From the human T2T-CHM13v2.0 reference genome, Homo sapiens, in contig CP086569.2 in NCBI GenBank assembly GCA_009914755.4, forward strand, positions 22,624,001-22,688,000: a DNA stretch of 64,000 nt, written 5' to 3'. This document shows, in pieces, positions 13,296 to 24,700 of the stretch; position 1 is the stretch's first letter, and the number at the start of each line of letters is the position of its first letter. The notes beneath the pieces are model-generated. The model searched no databases. It was not told where the DNA came from and saw only the letters and a program-made list of their open reading frames with translations. Made by a program: the position numbers and the translations under genes.

Positions 13296-13966
13296 TGTGT
13301 CTAGAATTGGTTCCTTCCAGTGGGTCCTTGGTCTCACTGACTTCAAGAATGAAGCCATGGACCCTCACAGTGCATGTTACAGTTCATGAAGATGATATAT
13401 CTGGAGTTTGTCCCTTCAGATGTTCAGATGTGTGTGGAGTTTCTTCCTTCCTGTGGGTTCATGGTCTTACTCTCTTCAAGAGTGAAGGCACAGACCTTCA
13501 CATTGAGTGTTACAGCCCTTTACGGTGGCATGTCCAGAGGTGCTTATTTTTTCCAGTGGGTTTGTGGTCTCACTGTCTTCAGGAATGAAGCCGCAGACCA
13601 TCTCAGTGAGTGTTACAACTCTTAAAGTTAGTGTGGAACCAAAGAGTGAGCAGCAGCGAGATTTATTATGAAGAGTAAAAGAACAAAGCTTCCACAGCAT
13701 GGAAGTGGACCTGAGTGGGTTGCCACTATTGGCTGGGGTGGCCAGCTTTTATTCCCTTATTTGTCCCCACCCACATCCTGCTGATTGGTCCATTTTATGG
13801 AGTGCTGATTGGTGTGTTTACAAACGTTTAGCTAGACACAAAGTGCTGATTGGTGTGTTTCTACAGAGTGCTTATTTGTGCATTTATAATCCTTTAGCTA
13901 GACAGAAAAGTTCTCCAAGTCCCCAATCAAACCAGGAAGTCCAGCTGGCTTCACTTCTCAATCCCC
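13296..13966 (-). mobile_element. LTR12 (3' LTR of the HERV9 provirus)
   Basis: Reverse-complement U5 tandem repeats (gaagccatggaccctcacagtg / gaaggcacagaccttcacattgag / gaagccgcagaccatctcagtgag). The AATAAA signal appears as reverse-complement agatttattatgaag. Several gctgattgg boxes. A polypurine tract (tcccccctct on the + strand) sits at the internal edge. Confidence 0.8.
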
Positions 13967-14649
13967 CCTCTAAAAAGGACACCCCAAATGCTGTTGGGAA
14001 TAGGGCAATGACTGCTCTAGCTACTTCCTGCTAGATAGGGGCAAAGAAGGGGCCCTGCATTTGTAATGTCCCACAGAGGGGAACCCTTTAGGACAGTAAA
14101 AGGACCAGTGGGCTGATCCAGGGGCCCGGGGTAGAAGTTGTTAGTTAAGCTCATTTTCAGTTCTAGTTGTAAGATCATCTGTAGATTGACGGCCCCAATC
14201 CTAGAGGAAACAAATTTGACAAGGAAGTTAAAAATACAGGGCCCGAAGGCAACTAATATCAAGATGGCTGTCATAGGACCTAGAAAGGGTAGAAGTCATG
14301 TTGCCCAACTCCAGAGGTTGGTATAAGAGTCTGAAATCTGTTGTATGATTTCAGAAGCCTTTTCTTGTAAATGCCGGTCATCGTCTCATACTATCCCTGG
14401 CTGGTTAGTGTAAGAACAACTCTCTTCCCCTAAGAAGGTGCAGAGTCCTCCTTTCTCAGCAGTGAGGAGGTCTAGGCCTTGGTGGCTTTGGAGAGTCACA
14501 GCTGACACAGAGTCTATTTGGGACTGTAGAGTAAGGACAGATTTTGTTATTTCTTGCAAACTGTCTGAGAGGCAGATATAGGTTGAAGATCCACATAAGA
14601 AGAATATGCCTTGGCTGGGTAGACAGAAAATTACCCTGGCTTTTAAAAG

Positions 14650-14880
14650 AATAGGGTACTCTGTTTTTTCTTTACTACTTCCATCTCTCTTTCTTTCTCT
14701 TTGACTTCTTATTTGTTTCTCTCTCTCTTTCTGAGTCCCTCTTTGTCTCTTCCTCCCTGACTTTCTCTCTCTCTCTTTCTGTCTCTGACTCCCTCTTTTT
14801 CTGTCACTTCCTCTCTCTCTCTCTCTCTGTCACTTTCTGTCTCTTTCTCTCTTTCCTTTCTGCTGGTCTTTCCCTGCCTC
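14650..14880. repeat. TC-rich low-complexity / (CT)n tract inside the HERV9 internal region
   Basis: ctctctttctttctctttgacttc...ctctctctctctttctgtctctg...cctctctctctctctctctgtcac. Confidence 0.8.
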
Positions 14881-15134
14881 TGCTAGCCAATTATGCTACT
14901 GCTCTCCACTCCCCTTCCCATTTTGATGGCTTCGGCAGTGTAAGACTCCCACCTCCTTGGGTTTTTGCACTGCATGCAATAACTCCATAATTTCCTTGTG
15001 TATTTAATGGGGGTTCACTCAGAGGTTAGGAACTCCCTTTCTTTCCATATTGCAGCATGGGCATGTAGGATTAGATAAGCATACTTTCTATCTGTATGCA
15101 CATTTATTCTTTTTCCCTTTCCCAGTTCTAAGCC

Positions 15135-16663
15135 TCAGGTAAGTGCTGCTAGCTCTGCTAAATGGGTTCTGGTCCCTGGAGGAAGATGCTTACTTTCTAG
15201 TATGGTTACATTACTAATTATGGAGAAACTTACCTTTTTTATTCCATTCTCCACAAATGAACTTCCATTGGTATATAAGTTAAGGTCAGGATTAGCTAAG
15301 GATACTTCTAAGATATCATCTTGGGCAGCATAAGTCTGGACTATAATCTGTTGGCAGTAATGCTCAATTGTTTCCCCATCCTCTCGGAGAAAAGTGGCAG
15401 GGTTTAGGGCCAAAACATGCATATTTGAAGCACCAGCCCCTCAAGGAGTAGCACCTGGCATCTCAGCAGGTGATTGTCTGGTAACCATAAACTTCCTTTG
15501 ACACCTAGTCTGCCATTTACGTCATGAGTAGTCCAGACAGTGAGATCCTTTCCTTGTATTATTTTGATAGCCTCTGACACTAAGACAGTCACCACCACAA
15601 CCAAATGTAAACAGTGAGGCCAGCCTTTTGCTACTACATCAATTTCCTTACTTAGGTTTGCCACTGGTTTTGAGGTTCTCCCATGAGTCTGAGTAAGGAC
15701 TCCAAGAGCTATCCCTGCTCTCTCTGTGATGTACAAAGAGAAGTTTTTTCCTGTGGGAAGTTTTAAATCTGGAGCTTGTACTAGGGTCTGCTTTAAGGGT
15801 TTGAAGGCCCTTTCTGCCCCAGGTCCCATTCTACTAGATGAGTATTTGCTTTCTGGGTCTCCTTGATTAGAGTATACAATGGTCTGGGCATCTTGCTGTA
15901 TCCAGAGATCCATTGTTGGAAAAAGCCGGTGGTTCCAAGGAACCCCCACAGCTGTTTTAATGTCTTAGGGTGAGGATAAGCCAGCATAGGCTGTATTCAT
16001 TCCTGGCTGAGGGCCCTGGTCCCTCTGGCTAGGATTAAACCTAGATATTTGACCTGGTCGAAAAGAGGTCTTGTACCCCTGAGTAGCTTGAAAGTTCAAG
16101 AGATCTAGAGTAGCCTAGTGGCATGAGGCTTCCAGCCTGGTAGTCAAACGTAAATCATCCACATACTGAAGGACCAGATTGCCTGGACTTGAGAAGTGGC
16201 CCAGATCTTGGGCCAGTGCCCAGTGAAACAGGTGAGGGCTGTCCCTAAACTCTTGGGGCAAGACCGTCCACGTAAGTTGGGATGTGTGGTCTGTGGGATC
16301 CTCAAAGGCAAAGGGAAACTGGGAGTCAGAGTGTAGGGGAATACAGAAGAAGGCATCTCTGAGGTCCAGAACAGTGAACAATTCTGCTTCCTCTGGTATT
16401 TAAGAGAGCAGGTTATAGGGGTTTGTTACAACTGGATATACAGGAATTACTGCTTCATTGATGAGTCTATGATCTTGCACTAGACTCCACTGATGGTTCT
16501 GTTTTTGTACTTCTAGAATTGGGCTGTTGGAGGGACTGCTGCATTGCCTTACTAAGCCTTGAGCTTTTAAGTGTTTAACAATATCCTGTAATCCTTTATG
16601 AGTTTGAGACCTTAAGGGATATTGCCTTTGATAAGGAAAAGAGGTGGGGTCTTTTAGCCTCAT
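15135..16663 (-). pseudogene. HERV9 pol remnant: RT fingers/palm (NPYNLLS, YVDD), thumb/connection and RNase H, frame-broken
   Basis: ORFs 16400-16663 (...HRLINEAVIPVYPVVTNPYNLLS), 16115-16381 (...LVLQYVDDLRL...) and 15404-15949 (...GIALGVLTQTHGRTSKPVANLSKEIDVVAKGWPHCL...) align conceptually with MLV-type RT. ORF 15135-15422 (...LYTNGSSFVENG...LPPGTRTHLAELAALT) matches the RNase H pattern. Confidence 0.8.
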
Positions 16664-17455
16664 TTGGATGGGGCAGGCATTTTTTCCCTTCCAAATTGTC
16701 CTTCCAATACCCAGATTTCAGGGTTGATTCCCTTCTCAAATAGGGGACAACAAATGGATAACTTGTTCCCCATATTCATATAGATAATGGCTCAAGCTTT
16801 GGCTAATATATCTCTCCCTAATAAGGGTGTGGGACTTTCAGGCATAACAAGAGAGTCATGTGAAAAGAATAAAGTCTCCCAATTACAACTGAGGAGGTGG
16901 GAGAAATACCTGGTTACAGGCTGTCCCAGGATTCCTTGGATGGTAACAGACCTTGAGGACAGTCATCTCTGACAGGAGGTTAACACTGAGAAGGCTGCAC
17001 CAGTGTCTAGGAGGAAGTCAATTTCCTGGCCCTTAATGGTTAAATGTAGCTGGGGCTCAGTGAGGGAGATGACATGAGCTGGTGCTTGCCTGAGGCAACC
17101 TCAGTCCTGTTGTTGGTTCATCTGGTTGTGGGCTCCTGGGCCAGAGAACCTTTGCCCTCTGAGGCAGTGGGCCTTTCAGTGATTGCCTCAGCATTGTGCA
17201 TATGGATGAGGGGGTGGCTTTTTTCTCATTGGACAATCTTTTTTAAAATATCCTTATAAACCACACTTGTAAAACGCCCTATCAGGTGATTGGCCTGCTC
17301 CGTTTTCTGTCCTCTCTGAACCACCAAGATTTCTTTGTCTGAGGCCATGACTAAGGTTGTGGCCTTTCTCTGATCTCTCTTTTCCTTTTGGGCCTGTTCC
17401 TCTCAGTCCCTATTGTACAATACCGAGGTTGCCAGGTTTAATAATGCCTCCAGAT

Positions 17456-17575
17456 GGCAGAGCTTGCAGTGAGCTGAGATGGTGACACTGCACTCCAGCC
17501 TGGGCAACAAGAGAAAAACTTTGTCTCAAAATAATAATAATAATAATAATAATAACAATAATAATAACAATAATG
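17456..17575 (+). mobile_element. Alu 3'-end fragment with (AAT)n tail inserted into the HERV9 gag/pro region, flanked by duplicated ataatgcctccagat
   Basis: gcagagcttgcagtgagctgagatggtgacactgcactccagcctgggcaacaagagaaaaactttgtctcaaaataataataataat.... The flanking 15-mer ataatgcctccagat is repeated on both sides (TSD). Confidence 0.7.
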
Positions 17576-18699
17576 CCTCCAGATTTTGTTCAGGGCCCAG
17601 GGCTTGCTTTTGGAGCTTTCTCCTGATATCTGTGGCTGATTGGGTAATAAATTTATCTTTTAGAATCAACTGAAACTTGAGTCAGTCAGGTGACAGGGGT
17701 GTATATTTTCTTAAGTCCTCCCATAGCTTCTCAAGGAAGGCAGAAGGATTTTCTTCTTTTCCCTGAGTTAAGCTGGACATCGTTGACTAATTCATGGTTT
17801 TTTTTCCTAATTCTCCTTAGTCCTTCTAGAACACAGTTCAATAGATATTTATGACTCCCAGTCCCCATGATCTGAGTCAAGGTCCCAGTGGGGATCCATA
17901 CAAGGGATGGCTTGCTTGACCGGTAGGGAATTTGTGCCTTTCTTCGGCTGTCATTCTATTATTTACTTGACTAAGACACCAGGTATCTCCAAACTCTCAG
18001 GCTGCAGTTAAAGCCACAATCTTTTCATTAAAGGCCAGGGTTTGATCTAAGAATAGCATGACATCTCTCCAAGTGAGATTGAAGGTTTGCTCTATACCCT
18101 TGTAGGACATCTATGTACCTATCAGGATCATCTGAAAACCTCCCCAGGTTTGCCTTGATCTGCTTTAAATCAGAGAGGGAGAAGGGGACATGTACCCAGG
18201 TTAGGCCAATTTCCCCTCCCCCTACAGCTTGAAGGGGACATAACTGATAGCCTGGGGGTTTTTGTGGTCCTTTGGAGATTTCTTTTGCTTGTTTCCCTCT
18301 GGGCAGAGGAGTTTAGTGGAGGCTGGGTATGAAGGTAAGCTGAGAGGTCCTCCTCTAGGATGTAAATTGCAAGCTTTGCATAGTTGTGTATTCTCCTTCA
18401 ATGAAAAGAAAGCTTGGACACAAGGTATTTCACTAAATTTGCTTCCCTCTTACAGAAAAGGTCAAGCTGTAGGAAAGTATTGTAATTTTTACTTCCCTCA
18501 GGTGGCCATTTTTCCCCATCAGGGAGAGAATATTGGGGTCAGGCCATAGTGCAGAAAAAAATAAGCCACCTCTTTTTCAGGGTTTGTGGGTCAAACTGGT
18601 CCCAGTGGCTTAGGATGCATTCCAAGGGTGAACCTGTTGATGCCTGAGTGTTTCCCATCTGAAAGACAAAACCACCAGCAGTTTTGATTTGTTTGTTTC

Positions 18700-19110
18700 T
18701 GCCCCTGCCCAAGAATCCACAATTGTCCCTGGACCCTGCTGATCAGAATAGTTGTGCTCACCAATGCAACAGCAGAAACACCTCTTGCCCAAGAACCCAC
18801 AACAGTCACTGGACCCTGCTGATCACAATAGTTGATTCACTGATGCAGCAGCAGAATCACCTCTTTACCAGAAACCCACAATGGTCCCTGGACCCCGCTG
18901 ATTAGAAAAGTTGCACTCACTGATGCAGCAGCAGAAACATTAGTTTTCCTCCTAGACCACAAAGAGGACTGAGGGAGGTTGGATTTAGTGGCCCTTGCTG
19001 ACACATTCTCAAAAACCTGCACCCTTTCCTGTCCTCCTTGACCACAAAGGGGACCAAGAAAAATTGGATTTAGTGGCTCCTACTGACAGATTCTTGAAAA
19101 CTTTGTAGAG
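18700..19110. repeat. Tandem repeats in the HERV9 5' leader/gag region: ~77-bp unit x3, then ~75-bp unit x2
   Basis: The unit cccaagaa(t/c)ccacaa..gtc(c/a)ctggaccc(t/c)gctgatca(g/c)aatagttg...cagcagcagaaaca is seen three times, followed by two copies of ccacaaag(a/g)ggac(t/c)(g/a)ag(g/a)a..ttggatttagtggc(c/t)c. Confidence 0.75.
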
Positions 19111-19964
19111 TCCTAAGCATTCTCCTGTTAGTATTGGGACTTTACAACTGTCCTACAATGATGTTACACCCCAAATATGAAGTGGAGGACCATACCCTGA
19201 GTAAGGGAAGGGATCTCAAGAGTTGGAAGATTGATGCTTTTTGTCCTCATATGAATAGGAAAGATACCATTTCTGAAGCTCCCCATATCCTAGCTTCAGG
19301 CATTGCTTTTTTTAGACCTGCTAGTCTAAGGAAGGATCCTAAAATTCCAGATAGTAACCCCAACCCATGATGGGGCTTTGGGCAAAAATTATGTCTTTGT
19401 GATTGGTGAGCCTGGAGAGCTAAAGAAGGTAAAAGCACCCTGAAGTTTATACTAGAAATCATTCTTATAGGATGAACTAGAAAACTCCAGTGACAAGGAG
19501 TGGTTTTTAGAAGCAGGACTAACCTAGGAGAAGAAAGGCAAGAGGAAGTTTGTCTGACAAGCATTAGGACCCAGGAGGCAAGCATCATGATAGATAGGAT
19601 AGACGGGTGAGTCTCGCTTGGGCGACATGACTTTGAGAGTTCTGCTCATGGCTGCTGGGTCAATCAACTTGTTGGGACCCCACAACTGAATGGCTTTCCT
19701 CTCTGGTGACCCGCGGCTCATCCCAGAAGTACAGGAAAAGCAGAAGCTGGTTCCAGGCAAATCAACACTCCCAACTCCGAAGAGTCTGAGTTTGTTAGAG
19801 CGCCTTTTCCCAGAAAGCCTGACACCCAAGTCTTTAGTGTGGTGGCCATGCTAGTTGCTCTTAACAGGCCAACAGGTACCCAGCATTTAGTCTCTGAATT
19901 CTAAGGAAAAATAAGACAAAATAGCAAGTGAAAGGGGTCCCATGATACTCACTGCTTAGTGAGT

Positions 19965-19982
19965 GTCCCTTCAGGGTCGCCA
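19965..19982 (-). other. Primer-binding site complementary to tRNA-Arg (HERV9/HERV-W type), CpG-decayed
   Basis: The minus-strand sequence is tggcgaccctgaagggac, versus the canonical HERV-W/HERV9 PBS tggcgaccacgaagggac. It lies 5 nt inside the right LTR12. Confidence 0.6.
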
Positions 19983-19987
19983 AAACA

Positions 19988-20716
19988 TGTCCAGAATTGG
20001 TTGCTTCTGGTGAGTTCTTGGTTTCACTGACTACAAGAATGAAGCCTTGGACCCTCGCAGTGAGTATTACAGTTCTTAAAGATGGTGTGCCCAGAGTTTG
20101 TTCTTTCAAATGTTCAGATGTGTCTGGAGTTTATTCCTTCCAGTCAGTTTGTTATCTTGCTGACTTTACGAGTTAAGCCACAGACCTGGGCAGTGAGTTT
20201 TACAGCTCTTAAACGTGGCATGTCCAGAGTTGTTTGTTCCTCCTGGTGGGTTTGTGGTCTTGCTGACTTCAGGAATGAAGCCACAGAGCTTCATGGTGAG
20301 TGTTACAGCTCACAAAGGTAATGCAGACCCAAAGAGTGAGCAGCAGCAAGACTTATTATGAAGAGCAAAAGAACAAAGCTTTCACAGAGTGGAAAGGGAC
20401 CCAAGCAGGTTGCTGCTGCTGGCTGGGGTGGCCAGCCTTTATTGTTTTGTTTGTTCTCACCCACATTCTGTTGGTTGGTCCATTTTATAGAGTGCTGATT
20501 GGTGTGTTTACAAACCTTTAGCTAGACACAGAGCACTGATTGGTGCATGTTTATGGAGTGCTGATTGGGGCATTTACAAACCTTCAGCTAGACACAGAGT
20601 GCTGATTAGTGTGTTTCTACAGAGTGCTGATTAGTGCACTTACAATCTTTTAGCTAGACAGAAAACTTCTCTGAGTCCCCACTCAACCCAGGAAGTTCAG
20701 GTGGCTTCACCTCTCA
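19988..20716 (-). mobile_element. LTR12 (5' LTR of the HERV9 provirus)
   Basis: Collinear with the 13296-13966 copy (~85% identity), with the same U5 repeats and gctgattgg boxes. Ends ...ggcttcacctctca. Confidence 0.8.
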
Positions 20717-21134
20717 AAACCATTAGCAAAATTAAATCAGGAAAGTGACAGGATTAAATTTGTGCTTGTAAATAAATATTTTGCCATTACAATTACCAAT
20801 ACTAACCCTGTATTTCCTGATTTGGTAGTTACATGATGGTAATTTGGGAGAGTGTTTCTACTTTTTGTAAAACACAGTGGGATATTTTGAATGAAGCTGC
20901 AAATATGGCACAGCAACAACCAGTCGGGAATCTGGGAGAAAGGATAAAGTATACTAACTGCTATTTCAAGTTTCCTAGAGGTATAAAACTATTGGGAAGT
21001 AAACTCCTTTTCAATGAAAACAACCATGTCAATACCATGTCACTAAAGCAGAGACAACGACATCAAACTTCATTATAGGAGCGAAATCCAGCTCAGTGGA
21101 AGCTGTGAAACCAACTGCCTTTGTAAGTGTAGGA

Positions 21135-21735
21135 ATGTTATGTCAGTATTACAGGTCTTACATCTGTATGACAGGTGTCACATCAGTATTTACGGGTGTT
21201 ACATCAGTGTTATTGTTGTTCTATTTGTATTACAAATGTTACAGTGGTATTAGGAGTGCTATATTAGTATTATATGTGTTAGATCAATATGAAAGTTGTT
21301 ACATCAGTATGAAAGTTGTTATATTTGTATTGCAGATGCCATATTGGTATTATGAGTTGTATGTTGGTATTGTGAGTGTTACAGTTGTATTACAGGTGTC
21401 AAGAGAGCACTATAGATGTTACATCAGTGTTATGGATGTTTCATTTGTATTGTGAATCGACATTGGTGTTATGAGAGTTAGAGTTCTATTAAGGGTGTTT
21501 GATCAGTATTAGGGTGATTATATTTGTATTTCAGATGCTATATTGGTATTCTGAGTGTTTTATTGCTGTTATGAGTCTTACAGTTGTATTACAGGTGTCA
21601 GATCAATATTACAGTTGTTACATTAGTATTACAAGTGTCACAACTGTATTATGGGTGATATATTTGTTTACAGATGTATCTCCATTGTAGGTGTTATAAT
21701 TGTGTGACAAATGCTATATTTGTGTCACGAGGTCA
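21135..21735. repeat. Minisatellite, ~20-bp unit x ~30 (consensus approximately TGTTACATCAGTATTACAGG)
   Basis: Successive units tgttacatcagtattacagg / tcttacatctgtatgacagg / tgtcacatcagtatttacgg / tgttacatcagtgttattgt and so on. The ORFs over it have periodic VTSV.../YISI... translations. Confidence 0.85.
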
Positions 21736-24700
21736 TGGCGTGCACCTGGCATTGTGGTCACCACACTTGGGTGTGGGGAAAGTCCTTGGGGTGCACTAGA
21801 GCCATAGGAATATTTTTTTGTTTCTAATTTTCCACACAAAACCCTTCTAGTGGGTCCCTGATCCTCAGCAGTTAGAGGAAGGTTTTTACTTATCTCTGCC
21901 TCCAACTGGAGTGAGGCAGTGTGGCTGGAGTCTGTGCTGAGGAGAATGGAGCTCTCATCCTCAGGTGGCATGTGCTGAACACGCGGGTCCTCCAAGGGTC
22001 AGAAAAGGCAGGCTCATGTGTCCCGTACTGGCTGCTGGCAGAACTGCAGGACCCAGGTGGTCATGGTGAGGCAGCTGTGCATTCTTTTCTGACTGGCCAG
22101 GGGCACTAAATAAAAGCAGACTTCAGATTGTTCAGTGCCATCATTTTGGAAATTCCAACTGAAATGCTGCCTGTTATCCTGGGTTTTCTTGTTGTTGTTT
22201 GTTTTTTGCTGAAAATGATGAAGGGACCATTAACCGGAAACCACAGACAATGAAATGAACAGAGATGGCACATTTTACAACTTACAGAAAATTTTTCTCA
22301 ACATAGTCCTGAGACTTACAGTGTAAAACTATTCAACTTGTAGAAGAAAGCACAGAAAGAGACCTATGTGACCTTGGGTTTGGTCATGAGTTTTAACATA
22401 AGACACTAAAGCTTATCCATAACAGAAAAAAATAATTAACAATGTAGGCCTTCTCATATTAAAAGTTTACACTCTGCATAAAATCTTCTTCAGGAAACAG
22501 AAAGATAAGCCACAGTCTGAGAAGAGATATCTGCAAAATACAGATCTAAGCAAGAACTTGCCCTGAAAATACACAAAGAAATATTGAAACTCAACAATAA
22601 GACAGACTATCCAATTAAAAATGGGTAAAGAGCTGAGCAGCTACCTCATCAATGAAGATACACAGATGGTAAGCAAACAAAAAGATGCTCAATCTTGTAT
22701 ATCATTAAGGGAGTGACAGTCACAACAGTGAGATAGCATGGCCCATCTATATTTGCTAGAACTGTGAAACTCTGTTCAAAACATGACAAATGATTTGCTG
22801 AAGGAAAGACAGGTGACTTGGGATAAATTATGTATGACTAAAATTTCACATACTGCTTAAAATCTATTTCAAAAAACAATATGCTTAACAATTACCTTAA
22901 GTTCTTTCATACAATTTACAGATTGATTGAGTTCCTCCTTTTTTGCATTAATAACTAGGAGCTCCCCTTGCAAACAAACAGCTTTTCCTGAAATAAACAG
23001 CCCATTAAACACCACAATATTTTCCTAGTGAATATAAAAGCTGTTTAACATTCATGGCCAGTATGCCAGACCTAATGATCATTATTTTAAAATATGAAAT
23101 AGCATATGTAGGGGTTAAAACTTTCATGGGCAAGTGAGAAATAACACTGTATCTGCCATGTATGTCATGAAATTCCACCTGCTAAACATGTTAAGCAGAG
23201 TTACACCATCTGCTCAGAGCATAAGGCCCTAATACTCATAGTTCTTAACTTCCTTGAAGACAAAGATCTGTCTGTTATTACATTGTAACAGTCAATAATG
23301 TTACTGTACCAAAGTTATTATGTTGTCATTTTCATTTCATCTGTCATGAATCTCTGTAGCTATATCACCAAAGTATAATTTATTACCTAGCTGATGGTAC
23401 TAACCCATAAAAGAAGAGTTAGTCTCCACAAGATAGTAGTAAAAGGTGAAGTCACTTATAGGGTGTCTGGTCAACATCGAGTACCCATCCTTGGTTTACT
23501 TCCAAGAATCTATTTGAAATTTCTACCAAAAATTTACTTCTCATTATAGGCAATTTCCTAGAGACACATTGAAATGTAGAATGTCAGAAGATTGAAAAGT
23601 TACTCATCTTCCAGTCTCAGGCCAATACATACAAGAATACAGGAAGTTATATATCAAGTAAAATATTATAAATAAAAAATACATTAGAAGCCAATGAAAT
23701 AAGAAACTATGCCACATGGGACAGAGAAGTTAAACTTTTTTGTAAGTGTAAAATAAAGTATCTCATGGTTAGGAGTAATATGTACCACAGGCAATAAGTT
23801 GCTGCCAACTTCTGGACACTTACACATTTATCAAAATATCTTGAAATCAAGTTGAGTAAAATATCCAGGATAAATCACAGGCCTTTCTGAATGCATATAA
23901 TATTAAACATGAGGGTTTCTCAAAACTCAGTGAAGACAATGTTTTTAATTTTTTATAATTAGAATTACAAAAAAATGTGTAATTTTGTAGGAACAATGGA
24001 GTATAAGCTATATTTTTTCAGAATACAGGACAGGAACAGACCCAACTTGGGAAGCTAATCAACTTTATCAGAACTGAAAAATACGCTTCTTTCCCCACCC
24101 AAACATCACCTTTATTCTTCCTTTCATCTTCAATCAGTACATTAGTTCTAGTGATGTGGTCCTCCTTTAGTTGAAGTTGATACATGCGAATCAGAACGAC
24201 TAAATATGAGTTCCTCGGTTATCTTTATGGAAAGACCATTATCAATGCAGATAATCTACGTCAGAGCTGCAACTGAGGGCACTGAACACGACATTTTGTA
24301 AACTTCAAAGTCCCTCAGTGCTAAATCCAGGGATCTAACTTCCGAACATAAAATGTCCAGTAAAATGTTGCCTTGATGCTATAAAGCTTACTCACACAAA
24401 ATGGAGGGTTGTGTTGTTATGAGGTTACTGAAAGCATCACTTTTCAGTTGGTCTCAGCTGACCCAAAGAGCACAGAAGAAAATTAAATTTACAGAGCACA
24501 CAACAGACTCAATCCCAAATGATAATTAGACAGTCACTTCCAATCCACTTGTCGTATCTGCCAACCCCAAACCAATGTAACAAATTTTGTGCCCAGGGAC
24601 CAAGCACAGTCCTGGGAAACATGTGCCAAGGGCATTATATCTGAATTAGCAATACCCAAAGGCACATTTTCAAATTTTCACTTTTCTTTCCAAGCGGTTA

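Larger units (their letters stand above)
13296..20716 (-). mobile_element. HERV9 (class I, gamma-like) provirus, 7.4 kb, flanked by LTR12; env and much of the 3' region deleted
   Basis: Two LTR12 copies in the same (minus) orientation, with the characteristic gctgattgg (= CCAAT on the minus strand) tandem boxes. tRNA-Arg-type PBS next to the right LTR. Gamma-retroviral RT motifs NPYNLLS and YVDD plus RNase H on the minus strand. Candidate 4-bp TSD AAAC at 13292-13295 and 20717-20720. Confidence 0.85.

Noticed and set aside
17479-17673. ORF with a poly-asparagine run
   Set aside because: It translates the (AAT)n tail of an Alu fragment.
21096-21690. ORFs 21096-21455 and 21499-21690 with periodic VTSV/YISI peptides
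   Set aside because: They are minisatellite translations; the periodicity follows the 20-bp unit.
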